From Candidatus Binatia bacterium (GTDB taxonomy: Bacteria > Desulfobacterota > Binatia > HRBIN30): a DNA stretch of 64,000 nt. The notes below the pieces were generated by a model. That model was not told the origin of the DNA and did not search any database. It saw nothing but the letters and a program-made list of their open reading frames with translations. Made by a program: the position numbers and the translations under genes. The stretch covers positions 1 to 64,000 of the forward strand of contig JBBRSP010000013.1 of NCBI GenBank assembly GCA_038245295.1. The letters run 5' to 3'. Shown piece by piece: positions 1 to 10,041 of the stretch (position 1 is the stretch's first letter; each line of letters starts with the position of its first letter).

Positions 1-285
1 ATTGCGTTCCTCCTCTGGTTGAGGCACCCGGCCATCGGGTGCGCTGCCAGAGTCTGGAACGGCGCGCGTCGAGCGCGAAAGCCGCAGGCAGCGTTATTAC
101 TGATCGAACTGCAGACGGTGGGCAGTGGCCACAACAGGGACGGAACGAGCTGCCGCGTAGCGGCTTAGTTCAACTCAACGTTTTTAGGCGTTTTGGCGAG
201 CGTGTCCTTGAAAATAAAGGGATTTCTCGTCGTGGAACGGTCCGGAAGTCGCCAACCCCGGTGCTCTCGGGGCGGTTGGCCGGCG

Positions 286-1587
286 TTACGCCTTCCTGTC
301 GTCCATCACCATCTTGGCGACCCGGCGGCCGATTTCGATGGCGTAGTTGGTGCCGCGATCCCACGGGTACACCTGACTCATTGAGGCGAAGTACAACCCG
401 GGGAGCGGCGTGCGCACGTCCGGAATGTTCTGCGAATGATTGATGCCCGGAATCGGCTGCGCATAGGTCGTCTTCCACAGCCAGCTATCCTTAATCCAGC
501 GGCGATCAAAATCGGCATTGAAGCGCGTGAAGGACGGCAGGAAGCGGTCGAGGATCTGCTCCTTGGTCATCTGGAAATTCTCGTGGTCGACCTCGAGATA
601 GTCGCCGCAGTAAACCAGGTGGTCGCCGCCGTAATGTTCCTTGTCCATGAAGTTCGTGTGTTCGACGAAGGCCAGGTACGGAAAGCCCGCTTCCTTCGGT
701 AGATTATGCCAGTAGTACTTCGTCATTTGCCGATCGAGCGATACGACTAGAACCACCGCACCCATCGATTTCAGCGAGCGCAGCTTGTCGGAGTACTCGG
801 CCGGCAGCTGCGGCACCAGGCGCGCCATCAGCGCCGGCGATGATGTCGAGATCACCGCGTCGAACCCGCAAGCGCTGTCGATGGCTTCGACTTGCAGTTG
901 TCCCGAGTCGTCGCGACGAATGCCGGTCACGGTGTTGCCGAGGCGGATATCGCCGCCCTTGCCGCGCACAACGTCAGCGAGCTTATCCATGAACGTCTGA
1001 AACCCGCCTTTGAATGTACCGAGACGCGTCGTGCGCGATTTCAGCCGCGCCCACAACCACGCCATGTTGACGATGGGCAGGTTCTTCTCGCCGAACTTGC
1101 CGACCAACATCGGCCGCCACAACATGTCGTAAATGCGCGGCGGGCAGTGTTTCTTCATCCACTCCTGGGCGCTGTACTTCTCCAACTCTTTCCAGTTGGA
1201 GGTCGCGCGCAGGTAGACGCCGACAAGGCCGAAGCGGAATACCTCGAGAGGCGTGAAGTGGCGCAGCAGAAAAGCCGGCATGTTGCTGAACATGGAGTCG
1301 AACGGAACAAATTTGCCATCATCGTAGATGACGGTGTAGGGCCGCGGGAACATCACCTGGTCGCTCCAGCCGAGCTCCTTGATGAGCCCGAGCATCGAGG
1401 CGTCGGATTGGAACCAATGATGGTAGTACTTCTCGAGCGACCAATCCCAATGCGGCGCCTTGAAGCCGCCGGCCAGGCCGCCAACCTGAGGGGCACCTTC
1501 CAGGATGGTCACCTGGTGACCTGCATTGAGGAGATCGTATGCCGCTGCCAAACCCGCCGGACCGGCTCCAATGATTGCGACTCGCAT
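286..1587 (-). CDS. NAD(P)/FAD-dependent oxidoreductase (amine oxidase / protoporphyrinogen oxidase-like)
   Basis: 433 aa. N-terminal Rossmann motif IIGAGPAGLAAA, GGLA and EKYYHH. C-terminal YPWDRGTNYAI. Confidence 0.85.
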   Translation of the reverse strand: MRVAIIGAGPAGLAAAYDLLNAGHQVTILEGAPQVGGLAGGFKAPHWDWSLEKYYHHWFQSDASMLGLIKELGWSDQVMFPRPYTVIYDDGKFVPFDSMFSNMPAFLLRHFTPLEVFRFGLVGVYLRATSNWKELEKYSAQEWMKKHCPPRIYDMLWRPMLVGKFGEKNLPIVNMAWLWARLKSRTTRLGTFKGGFQTFMDKLADVVRGKGGDIRLGNTVTGIRRDDSGQLQVEAIDSACGFDAVISTSSPALMARLVPQLPAEYSDKLRSLKSMGAVVLVVSLDRQMTKYYWHNLPKEAGFPYLAFVEHTNFMDKEHYGGDHLVYCGDYLEVDHENFQMTKEQILDRFLPSFTRFNADFDRRWIKDSWLWKTTYAQPIPGINHSQNIPDVRTPLPGLYFASMSQVYPWDRGTNYAIEIGRRVAKMVMDDRKA

Positions 1588-1670
1588 GGCGGCCGCTGAT
1601 AGCGAATCCGCAAGCGATTGCCCACAGGAGACAGCTTTGCAAGTTGCGTCGGCTGGCGTAGGTACCGGGA

Positions 1671-3074
1671 GTGCCCGAACGACTTCCTCTGCTGCTGCGT
1701 CAGACCCTGCGTACGATCCGTGATGGCGCGATGATCGATGCCGACGATCGAATCCTGGTGGCCGTGTCCGGTGGTCCGGACTCCGTAGCGCTGCTTGCGG
1801 TTCTCCATGAGCTGCGCGCCCGTCTCGGAATCCATCTGGTGGTTGGTCACGTCAATCACAAGCTGCGCGGCGCAGAGTCGGATCGCGACGAGGCGGTCGC
1901 CGCCGCCGCCGCCCAGCAGCTCGAGATTCCGTTTGTCGTGGATGTCTGCGCCGGTCTTGGCAGTGGCCCCAGCCTCGAGGCCCGCGCCCGCCGCTACCGC
2001 TACGAGGCGCTGCAGCGTTTGTGCGACGAGCATGCCTGCAGCAAGATCGCCACGGCGCACACGCGGGATGATCAGGTCGAAACGGTCTTGCTACGTCTCA
2101 TCCGTGGTACCGGCGCGCGCGGCCTGGTTGGGATTCTGCCAGTCCGCGACGACGGGGTCGTGCGGCCGTTCCTGGCCTGCACGCGGGCGCAGATTATGGA
2201 ATTTCTCGGCACCGGCCAGATCCCGTGGGCTCACGATTCGAGCAACGACGAGCGGACCTTCCTGCGTAACCGAGTGCGTCACGAGCTGCTGCCGCTCCTG
2301 CGCCAGTTCAACCCGTCCTTTGACGTCGTGCTCGTCGAGAATGCCGCGACCATGGCGGCGGAGTCGCAGTGGCTCGATCGTTTGCTGCGCCAAACGACCG
2401 CCGAGCACAGCCTGCTGCCGTCGACACCCTTATTGATCGAAGAATTACGCCGCGTCGCCGAGCCGTTACAGTCGCGCTTCTTGCGTCTGTGGATCGAGAG
2501 TCAAGCCGGCTCGCTGCACGGTATCGACGCCTGCCACATTGCCAGTGTGCGGCGTTTGGCAGCCGGCCGGCGGCCGAGCGGCGAGGTGTATCTGCCAGGC
2601 GGCACGTTGATCGTGCGCGAGTATGGCAGGTTGCGCCGCGAAGCCCACGCCGCGATCGTCACGTTTCCTCCCGCCGTTCTGCATCCGGGAATCCCGCTGT
2701 TGCTCCCGAGCGGCTGGCGGTTCACCCGACATGAACGACCGGCACCTGAGAACCGGCCGAAGGATCACTGGACCTTTCTCGCGGACGCGACCCTGCTGAG
2801 CGGCGAGATCACCGTGCGCCCGCCGCAGCCAGGTGAGCGCATGGCAATCTTGGGCTCAACCGGCCATCGCAAGCTGCAAGACCTCTTCGTCAACGCCAAG
2901 GTGCCGCGCCGCCGCCGCGCCGTGTATCCGGTGGTGGATTGTGGCGGTAGCGTCGTATGGGTTCCGGGCCTGGCCCGTGGCACGACGGCGTTGGTCGGCG
3001 ACGCAACCAGCGAAACGATCGAGATCGTCGCGATTCCACCCGGGCCGCACGACCCGGCAGTCCACCCGGACTGA
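1671..3074 (+). CDS. tilS: tRNA(Ile)-lysidine synthetase
   Basis: PP-loop VAVSGGPDS, HVNHKLRG, EARARRYRY, AHTRDDQVET, RNRVRH. Lies upstream of ftsH. Confidence 0.96.
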   Translation: MPERLPLLLRQTLRTIRDGAMIDADDRILVAVSGGPDSVALLAVLHELRARLGIHLVVGHVNHKLRGAESDRDEAVAAAAAQQLEIPFVVDVCAGLGSGPSLEARARRYRYEALQRLCDEHACSKIATAHTRDDQVETVLLRLIRGTGARGLVGILPVRDDGVVRPFLACTRAQIMEFLGTGQIPWAHDSSNDERTFLRNRVRHELLPLLRQFNPSFDVVLVENAATMAAESQWLDRLLRQTTAEHSLLPSTPLLIEELRRVAEPLQSRFLRLWIESQAGSLHGIDACHIASVRRLAAGRRPSGEVYLPGGTLIVREYGRLRREAHAAIVTFPPAVLHPGIPLLLPSGWRFTRHERPAPENRPKDHWTFLADATLLSGEITVRPPQPGERMAILGSTGHRKLQDLFVNAKVPRRRRAVYPVVDCGGSVVWVPGLARGTTALVGDATSETIEIVAIPPGPHDPAVHPD

Positions 3075-3110
3075 CCCACCGGGTATTCCCAAACAAGCGC
3101 GAAGCTACCG

Positions 3111-3139
3111 TTGCTGGGGTGAAACTGCTGTGTTAGCTT
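3111..3139 (+). promoter_or_regulatory. Candidate sigma-70 promoter of ftsH
   Basis: TTGCTG, 17-nt spacer, TAGCTT with TG extended -10, about 30 nt upstream of the ftsH ATG. Confidence 0.4.
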
Positions 3140-3169
3140 AATCCGATGGCCGAGTAGGCATAAAACCCC

Positions 3170-5014
3170 ATGGCAAATCAGTACTCTCGAAGCATAGCGC
3201 TCTGGTTGGTCTTCGGACTGATGTTCCTCTTGCTGGTGAGTCACTTCAGCCGCCAGCAGGGCAAGGACCCAGAGATGATTTTTAGTGACTTCATGAGCGC
3301 CGCCGACAAGGGCGACGTCACGCAAGTCACCATCCAAGGCAGCAACATCCGCGGTAAGCTGCAAAACGGTGACGGCTTCCGCACCTACGCGCCGAATGAC
3401 CCCGATCTGGTCAAGGTGCTGCGCGATAAGGGCGTGAAGATCGAGGCTAAGCCTGAGGAGGGCGAGCCTTGGTACTTCGTTGCCTTCGTGCAGTGGGCTC
3501 CGATGTTACTCCTCATCGGCGTGTGGATCTTCTTCATGCGCCAGATGCAGGTCGGCGGCGGCAAAGCGATGGCCTTCGGGAAGAGCCGCGCCAAGCTACT
3601 CAACGAAAACACCCATCGCATCACGTTCAACGACGTGGCCGGCATTGATGAAGCCAAAGATGAGCTCGAAGAGATCATCGCCTTCCTCAAAGATCCGAAG
3701 AAGTTCACGCGTCTTGGCGGCCGTATCCCCAAGGGCGTGTTGCTGGTCGGTTCTCCCGGCACCGGCAAGACACTGCTCGCGCGTGCGATTGCCGGCGAAG
3801 CGGGTGTACCGTTCTTCTCGATCAGCGGTTCCGACTTCGTCGAGATGTTCGTCGGTGTCGGCGCCTCGCGCGTGCGCGACCTGTTCGTGCAAGGCAAGAA
3901 GAATGCGCCATGCATCATTTTCATCGATGAGATCGATGCCGTCGGCCGTCATCGCGGCGCCGGGCTCGGCGGTGGTCACGACGAGCGTGAACAGACTCTC
4001 AATCAATTACTTGTCGAGATGGACGGCTTTGAAACCAACGAAGGTGTCATCCTCATCGCGGCGACCAACCGGCCCGACGTTCTCGATCCGGCGCTGTTGC
4101 GCCCAGGCCGATTTGATCGGCGCGTCGTTGTTCCGCGACCCGATGTGAAGGGCCGCGAAGGAATCCTGCGTGTACACAGCCGGCGCGTGCCGCTCGGCAA
4201 CGACGTCGATCTGAGTCTGTTGGCCCGTGGCACGCCGGGCTTCGCCGGTGCCGACCTGGAAAACCTGGTCAACGAAGCGGCCCTGTTGGCGGCGCGGAAC
4301 AATAGAGAAAAAGTCGGCATGCAGGAGTTCGAGCTCGCCAAGGACAAGGTCCTCATGGGCGCCGAACGTCGCAGTATGATCATGAGCCAGGAAGAGAAGC
4401 GCAACACCGCCTATCACGAGGCCGGTCACGCGCTGGTTGCCAAGCTCCTGCCGGGCACCGATCCCGTCCATAAGGTTTCGATCGTGCCGCGCGGCATGGC
4501 TCTCGGCGTGACAATGCAGGTACCGGTGGATGATCGCTACTCGTACTCGAAGGACTATGTGCTCGATCGCCTGACGATCTGGTTCGGTGGCCGCGCCGCG
4601 GAAGAGATCATTCTCGGGCACGTCACAACCGGTGCCGCCGACGACATCGAGAAGGCGACCGACTGGGCCCACAAACTCGTCTGTGAGTGGGGCATGAGCG
4701 AAAAGCTAGGCCCGATGACGTTCGGCAAGAAGGAAGAGCAGATCTTCCTCGGGCGCGACTTCACACAGATGCAGGACTACTCGGAGCAGACGGCGGTGGA
4801 GATTGATGTCGAAGTGCGGCGGATCATCCAGGACGCCTATCAGCAAGCCCGCAGCTTGCTTACGAGCAAGATCGAAGTACTGCACAAGATCGCCGAAGGC
4901 CTGCTCGAGAAGGAAGTTCTCGACGGCGCGGAGATCGATGAGATCATTCGGCTGTACGGGGGACAGGGTGCCGCTTCACCCCTGCCAGTCGCAGGCGCAG
5001 ACGCCCGCGCCTAA
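3170..5014 (+). CDS. ftsH: ATP-dependent zinc metalloprotease FtsH
   Basis: Two TM segments, Walker A GSPGTGKT, Walker [36 protein letters not shown]. Confidence 0.99.
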   Translation: MANQYSRSIALWLVFGLMFLLLVSHFSRQQGKDPEMIFSDFMSAADKGDVTQVTIQGSNIRGKLQNGDGFRTYAPNDPDLVKVLRDKGVKIEAKPEEGEPWYFVAFVQWAPMLLLIGVWIFFMRQMQVGGGKAMAFGKSRAKLLNENTHRITFNDVAGIDEAKDELEEIIAFLKDPKKFTRLGGRIPKGVLLVGSPGTGKTLLARAIAGEAGVPFFSISGSDFVEMFVGVGASRVRDLFVQGKKNAPCIIFIDEIDAVGRHRGAGLGGGHDEREQTLNQLLVEMDGFETNEGVILIAATNRPDVLDPALLRPGRFDRRVVVPRPDVKGREGILRVHSRRVPLGNDVDLSLLARGTPGFAGADLENLVNEAALLAARNNREKVGMQEFELAKDKVLMGAERRSMIMSQEEKRNTAYHEAGHALVAKLLPGTDPVHKVSIVPRGMALGVTMQVPVDDRYSYSKDYVLDRLTIWFGGRAAEEIILGHVTTGAADDIEKATDWAHKLVCEWGMSEKLGPMTFGKKEEQIFLGRDFTQMQDYSEQTAVEIDVEVRRIIQDAYQQARSLLTSKIEVLHKIAEGLLEKEVLDGAEIDEIIRLYGGQGAASPLPVAGADARA

Positions 5015-5019
5015 TCCCC

Positions 5020-5053
5020 TGGCCGGAGCGGCATGCGCCGCTCCGGCCATTTT
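5020..5053 (+). terminator. Intrinsic terminator after ftsH
   Basis: 13-bp stem TGGCCGGAGCGGC/GCCGCTCCGGCCA, 4-nt loop, then TTTT. Confidence 0.7.
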
Positions 5054-5099
5054 CGCTCGCCGTTCCGCGGCCCGAGCATGGGCCTGATTCAACACACCA

Positions 5100-5852
5100 A
5101 TGTGGGATCTGCTTGCCACCCTGCGGATTCAAGACGCGATTGATGTCCTCATCATCGCGTTTGTCATCTACCGCATCATCGATCTGATCCGCGGCACGCG
5201 AGCCGCACAGATGCTGATCGGCCTGGCGATTGTCTTCGTCGCCTACCTGTCGTCGCAGTACTTCGAGCTCTACACGCTCAATTGGGTTCTCGATAATTTC
5301 CTCAGCTCGATCCTCCTGGTGATCGTCGTCATCTTTCAGGACGACATCCGTCGGGCTCTCACGCAGGTGGGAACGCGGCCGTTTTTCGGTAGCGAGCCGG
5401 GAATTCCGCAAGAGGATCTCGAGGAGATCGTGCGCGCCGCGGTCTCCCTCGCCGGCAAGCATATCGGCGCGCTCATCGTGCTGCAGCGGGAAGTCGGGCT
5501 GAATCAATATATCGAGGTCGGCACGCGCCTGGATGCGCGTGTCAGCCGCGAGCTCATCACCAGTATCTTCATGACCTCATCACCGATTCACGACGGTGCC
5601 TTGATCATCCATCGCGGGCGGATCATTGCCGCCGGCTGCTTTTTGCCGCTCACCGCCAATCCACACGTCAGCAAGACTCTTGGTACGCGGCACCGAGCCG
5701 CCATCGGCCTCACCGAAGAGACCGATGCCGTCGTCGTGGTGATCTCGGAGGAGGAAGGCGCCATCTCGATGGTGCGCGAAGGGCGCATTACGCGCGACAT
5801 TGACGCTGGTACGCTGCGCTCGACACTCCAGAAACTGTTGGGCCCTTCATGA
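5100..5852 (+). CDS. cdaA: Diadenylate cyclase CdaA/DacA
   Basis: Three N-terminal TM helices. DAC motifs HDGA and LGTRHRAA. Confidence 0.96.
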   Translation: MWDLLATLRIQDAIDVLIIAFVIYRIIDLIRGTRAAQMLIGLAIVFVAYLSSQYFELYTLNWVLDNFLSSILLVIVVIFQDDIRRALTQVGTRPFFGSEPGIPQEDLEEIVRAAVSLAGKHIGALIVLQREVGLNQYIEVGTRLDARVSRELITSIFMTSSPIHDGALIIHRGRIIAAGCFLPLTANPHVSKTLGTRHRAAIGLTEETDAVVVVISEEEGAISMVREGRITRDIDAGTLRSTLQKLLGPS

Positions 5853-6853
5853 AGCTGATAGACCGCGCCCAACTGACGGATCTGTGGTCACGCTTCCGGC
5901 AGACCCTCGCTGATCCGCAACGCTTGCGTGCCGCGGCAGCGCACAACCTGCCGCTCAAGTTCGTCTCCCTCGTCATTGCTTGCGGCATCTGGGCGTTCGT
6001 CAACCTCGGCGAGCGCGACACCGAGGAGACTCTCAAGGTGCCGCTCGAGTTGCGCAATATCCCGGCTCAGCTGATGATCACCAGCCCGCGTGTCGATTTC
6101 GTCGACGTCCGCGTCAGCGGGCCGCGCAATCTACTCGGCCGCATCGATCGCAGCCGCTTGTCGGTCCCGCTCGAGCTCGGCGGCGTCAAAGTCGGTCCTT
6201 CGGTGTTCCGCGTTGCCGGTGAGTCGCTCAATCTACCGCGCGGCGTGCGCGTCGTGCGCCTCAACCCGGCACAGGTGACGATGGAGCTCGAACGCATCAG
6301 CCACAAGACGGTGCCGGTGCGTCTCCGCCTGGTTGGTAAGTTGTCGCCTGATCTCCAGGTGGTCGACACCAAGGTGTCGCCTGAAACCGTACAGATCAGC
6401 GGTCCGACCTCCGACATCGAAAACGTTCATGCCGCGTCTACCGAGGCAGTCGACCTCAGCAAGATGCAAGCTGGAACCATCGAACGCGAGCTGCCGCTCG
6501 AGCCGGCCGGTGACTATATCGCCTTCAGTGCCAGCCGCGTGGCGACACAGATTCGCATCGACGAGTTGCCGGCGACGCGTGAGTTCAAGGCGCAACCGAT
6601 CCGCATCCGCAACGCGGCGCAGACCGTGTCGGTCATTCCGTCGACCGTCCGACTGACCGTGCGCGGTCCCAAGCGCGCCGTCGGCAGCTTCGAGTTGGGA
6701 GAGAACGCCGTGTCGATTGATGCCTCGCAACTCAGCGCCGGCGAAACAGCGATCAAGCCGGTCGTCGAGCTTCCCGAAGGGATCGAGGCGGTCTCGATGG
6801 AACCGGCGCAGGTGCGAGTCATCGTCGGTCCCCCGCGACCGAAACGCCGCTAA
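5849..6853 (+). CDS. cdaR: CdaR / YbbR-domain regulator of diadenylate cyclase
   Basis: ATGA overlap with cdaA, one TM (KFVSLVIACGIWAFV), repeated V-x-V-x-G-P YbbR-type units, cdaA-cdaR-glmM synteny. Confidence 0.9.
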   Translation: MKLIDRAQLTDLWSRFRQTLADPQRLRAAAAHNLPLKFVSLVIACGIWAFVNLGERDTEETLKVPLELRNIPAQLMITSPRVDFVDVRVSGPRNLLGRIDRSRLSVPLELGGVKVGPSVFRVAGESLNLPRGVRVVRLNPAQVTMELERISHKTVPVRLRLVGKLSPDLQVVDTKVSPETVQISGPTSDIENVHAASTEAVDLSKMQAGTIERELPLEPAGDYIAFSASRVATQIRIDELPATREFKAQPIRIRNAAQTVSVIPSTVRLTVRGPKRAVGSFELGENAVSIDASQLSAGETAIKPVVELPEGIEAVSMEPAQVRVIVGPPRPKRR

Positions 6854-6857
6854 ACAT

Positions 6858-8216
6858 ATGAGTCAGACACGCAAGTTCTTTGGTACCGACGGCATTCGCG
6901 GCACGGCCAATCTCGAGCCGGTTACACCCGAGACGGCTCTGCGCCTGGCGCAGGCTCTGGTTGACGACTGGCAACGGGCCCACCCGGCGATTCCGATGTC
7001 GGTTGTGATCGGTCGCGACACGCGGCGCTCCGGGCCGATGCTCGAGGCGGCGCTGGTCGCCGGACTGACCTCGGCCGGGGCTGATGTGATCCTCGCCGGC
7101 GTGGTTCCGACACCGGCGGTGGCTTGGTTGACGCGGCAGTTGCAAGCCGATGCCGGCATCGTCGTCTCGGCATCGCACAATCCGTTTGCCGACAACGGCA
7201 TCAAGATTTTCGGCGCCGATGGATTCAAGCTTTCGGACGATCGCGAGAGCGCTCTCGAAGTCGCGCTGCGCACGGCGCTCGATGTGCGCCCGAGCGGTGC
7301 CGGCGTTGGTCGCCTCCGCAGCTCCGGCCACCCCGCCAATCGCTACGTCGCCGCGCTGGCGAAAGTGGCCAAGGGGTGCGCGTTGGGCGGTCTTTCGGTG
7401 GTCCTCGACTGTGCCAACGGCGCGGCCTCGGAAGTCGGTCCGAAGTTGTTTGCCAAGCTTGGCTGCAAGCTGACCGTGCTGGCGGCGCAGCCCGACGGCA
7501 TCAACATCAACGCCGCTTGTGGTGCCGTGCATCCGCAAAGGCTGCAGCAGGCGGTACGGATGCACGGCGCCAACTTCGGCCTGGCGTTGGATGGCGACGC
7601 CGATCGCGCCATCTTCGTCGATGAGCACGGTGAAGTGGTCGATGGCGACGCCGTGCTGGCGCTGCTGGCGCTGGATATGGCGAGCCACGGCACACTGCGC
7701 GGTGGTGCTGTCGTCGCCACGGTGATGAGCAACCTTGGTCTCGAACGCGCCTTGAGCACCTGCCAGGTGCCGCTCATCCGCACTGCCGTGGGAGATCGCT
7801 ACGTCGTCGAAGCCATGCGGCAGCGCGGCTGCAATCTCGGCGGTGAGCAGTCGGGGCATCTCGTCTTTCTCGACTACGCGACGACCGGCGATGGGTTGCT
7901 GGCGGGCGTTCTCGTCGCTCGCCTGCTGGCGCAATCAGAGCGCCCGCTCAGCGAGTTGGCTGCCGTGATGCAACCGCTGCCGCAGACGATGATCAACGTT
8001 CGTGTCCAGGCGCGGCAGGATCTGCAAACCATCGCGGCCGTCCGCGACGCGATGGCGCAGGCCGAGGCGGGACTCGACAATCGTGGGCGCATTCTGGTGC
8101 GTTACTCCGGGACCGAGCCGTTGGTGCGTGTTATGGTCGAAGCCGAAAGAGCAAGCGACGTCGACCACTGGGCACAGCACATCGCCGCGGCGATCCGTTC
8201 CAGTATCGGCGCGTGA
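6858..8216 (+). CDS. glmM: Phosphoglucosamine mutase
   Basis: FGTDGIRG, SASHNP, DGDADR, GGEQSGH, RYSGTEP. Start placed at ATG 6858 just after the cdaR stop. Confidence 0.97.
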   Translation: MSQTRKFFGTDGIRGTANLEPVTPETALRLAQALVDDWQRAHPAIPMSVVIGRDTRRSGPMLEAALVAGLTSAGADVILAGVVPTPAVAWLTRQLQADAGIVVSASHNPFADNGIKIFGADGFKLSDDRESALEVALRTALDVRPSGAGVGRLRSSGHPANRYVAALAKVAKGCALGGLSVVLDCANGAASEVGPKLFAKLGCKLTVLAAQPDGININAACGAVHPQRLQQAVRMHGANFGLALDGDADRAIFVDEHGEVVDGDAVLALLALDMASHGTLRGGAVVATVMSNLGLERALSTCQVPLIRTAVGDRYVVEAMRQRGCNLGGEQSGHLVFLDYATTGDGLLAGVLVARLLAQSERPLSELAAVMQPLPQTMINVRVQARQDLQTIAAVRDAMAQAEAGLDNRGRILVRYSGTEPLVRVMVEAERASDVDHWAQHIAAAIRSSIGA

Positions 8217-8255
8217 CGCGCGGCCGGAAGAGCGGCCCGACCAGGAGTTCGCCAG

Positions 8256-8993
8256 ATGATCAAGTTGGGTGTGAACATCGATCATGTCGCCACCATTCGT
8301 CAGGCGCGCCGCGCCACGTATCCAGATCTGCGCCAAGCGATGTGGGCCGCGGAACGCGGTGGAGCGGACGGTATTACGATCCATCTGCGCGAGGATCGGC
8401 GCCACATTCAGGACGCCGACGTCGACATGGTGCAGGCCCACACGACGACGAAGCTGAATCTTGAAATAGCCGCGACGGCGGAGATGGTGCGCAAGGCGAG
8501 CACACTGCGGCCGCCGGACGTCTGTCTGGTGCCGGAGCGCCGTGAAGAGCTGACGACCGAAGGCGGCCTCGATGTTGCCGGTCAATTGGAAACGATGGCG
8601 CCGGTCGTGCAACAGCTGAGGGGGGCCGGCATCTGCGTCAGTCTGTTCATCGATGCGGAACCGCGTCAGATCGAGGCGGCGGTTCGCCTGCAAGCGCAGG
8701 CGATTGAGATCCACACCGGTCGCTTCGCCGATGCCACCACAGCCGAGGAACGCCAAGCGGAGTTGCAACGTATCCATCGTGCCGCCGACAGCGCCGCCGC
8801 CGCGGGGCTTATCGTCAATGCCGGCCACGGCCTGACGTTGGATAATGTTGCCCCGATCGCCGCGATTGCCGTGATCAACGAGCTCAACATCGGACACAGC
8901 ATCGTCGCCGATGCCATCTTCTGCGGCCTCGAGGAAGCCGTGCGCCGCATGAAAGCCCGCATGCTGACGGCGCGGGCCGATGCCAACCGCTGA
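8256..8993 (+). CDS. pdxJ: Pyridoxine 5'-phosphate synthase
   Basis: LGVNIDHVATIRQAR, HLREDRRHI, VPERREELTTEGG, NAGHGL, ELNIGHSI. Confidence 0.98.
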   Translation: MIKLGVNIDHVATIRQARRATYPDLRQAMWAAERGGADGITIHLREDRRHIQDADVDMVQAHTTTKLNLEIAATAEMVRKASTLRPPDVCLVPERREELTTEGGLDVAGQLETMAPVVQQLRGAGICVSLFIDAEPRQIEAAVRLQAQAIEIHTGRFADATTAEERQAELQRIHRAADSAAAAGLIVNAGHGLTLDNVAPIAAIAVINELNIGHSIVADAIFCGLEEAVRRMKARMLTARADANR

Positions 8994-9900
8994 AGCAACG
9001 CGTGCCGAGGCACGCTTCAGCGTCGAAGCGCTGGCTTATGCCGGACTCGTCTTGACGTCGATCGCCTGGGCCCTCGCGTTCATTGCCGGTAAGGTGACGA
9101 TGCGCGAGTTCACGCCACTACCGGCAGCGGCTCTTCGCTACCTGACCGCCACCTCGGTCCTACTGCCGCTCGCTTGGCGAGATCGGCATCGCCCGGTGCA
9201 ATGGCGCGGCGTCGCGGCCCCGCTCCTCATCATGACCCTGTGCGGCGGGCTGCTGTATCAATGGTTGTTTCTGGCGGCACTGCAGCGCACCAGCGCCACC
9301 AACGCATCGCTGCTGATCGCTCTGAATCCGGTTTTTACGCTGCTGTTCTCGCCGTTTGGCGGTGAACGCATAGAGCGTGGAGCCGTGTTCGGCGTCATCT
9401 TGGCCTTGCTCGGGGCGACGACTATTACTCTTGGCGGCCAATGGCAAGGTGCTTTGGGTCTCACCGAGGGTTGGAATACCGGCGATCTACTTGCCCTCGC
9501 CGCCGCCGTCGCCTGGGCTACCTTCAACGTCGCGTCGCGACGCGTCGTCGGCAAGCTGTCGGGAGCGCAGATCAATCTCATCGTTTACGGCAGCGGCGGC
9601 GTGATCCTATTCGTCATGTCGCAGGGTGAGGCGCCGCTGCAGCAACTGGCACACGCCTCCTGGGCGGCCATCGGTGGGATCGTCACGATGGCCCTGCTCG
9701 CGTCAGTCGGTGCCGGGTTATTCTTCCTACATGGAGTGCGCATCGTCGGCGTCAGTCGTACTGTCATCTTCGTGTACCTGGTGCCGGTGATGACCGCCGC
9801 CCTATCCGCCCTATTCCTCGGCGAGCCCATCCTGATCAGTCAGGTGATCGGCGGCACCTTCGTGCTGGCCGGGTTGTATTGCGCCAGCCGCCCCGCCTGA
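8980..9900 (+). CDS. DMT/EamA family transporter
   Basis: 306 aa with about 10 TM helices in two internal repeats. C-terminal LFLGEPI. Confidence 0.9.
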   Translation: MPTAEATRAEARFSVEALAYAGLVLTSIAWALAFIAGKVTMREFTPLPAAALRYLTATSVLLPLAWRDRHRPVQWRGVAAPLLIMTLCGGLLYQWLFLAALQRTSATNASLLIALNPVFTLLFSPFGGERIERGAVFGVILALLGATTITLGGQWQGALGLTEGWNTGDLLALAAAVAWATFNVASRRVVGKLSGAQINLIVYGSGGVILFVMSQGEAPLQQLAHASWAAIGGIVTMALLASVGAGLFFLHGVRIVGVSRTVIFVYLVPVMTAALSALFLGEPILISQVIGGTFVLAGLYCASRPA

Positions 9901-9932
9901 GCGGCCGGAGTTCTTCCGCTGGCCCTGGCGGC

Positions 9933-9995
9933 GGGTACGGGGTACGGGGTACGGGGTACGGGGTGCAGGGTGCAGGGTTCGGGGTGCGGGGGTCG
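9933..9995. repeat. G-rich heptamer tandem repeat (GGGTACG)n, about 9 units
   Basis: GGGTACG x4, GGGTGCA x2, GGGTTCG, GGGTGCG, GGGGTCG. Confidence 0.9.
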
Positions 9996-9997
9996 AA

Positions 9998-10031
9998 CCC
10001 TTGAGACGTTCGAAGCATAACGTCTCAAGGG
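9998..10031. terminator. Perfect hairpin between convergent genes (likely bidirectional terminator)
   Basis: CCCTTGAGACGTT, 8-nt loop, AACGTCTCAAGGG. Confidence 0.65.
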
Positions 10032-10041
10032 CCTTCCAGTC

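Noticed and set aside
1..20. Minus-strand AGAGGAGG RBS followed by AT at the window edge
   Set aside because: Probably the start of a gene outside the window. No coding sequence is visible, so it was not annotated.
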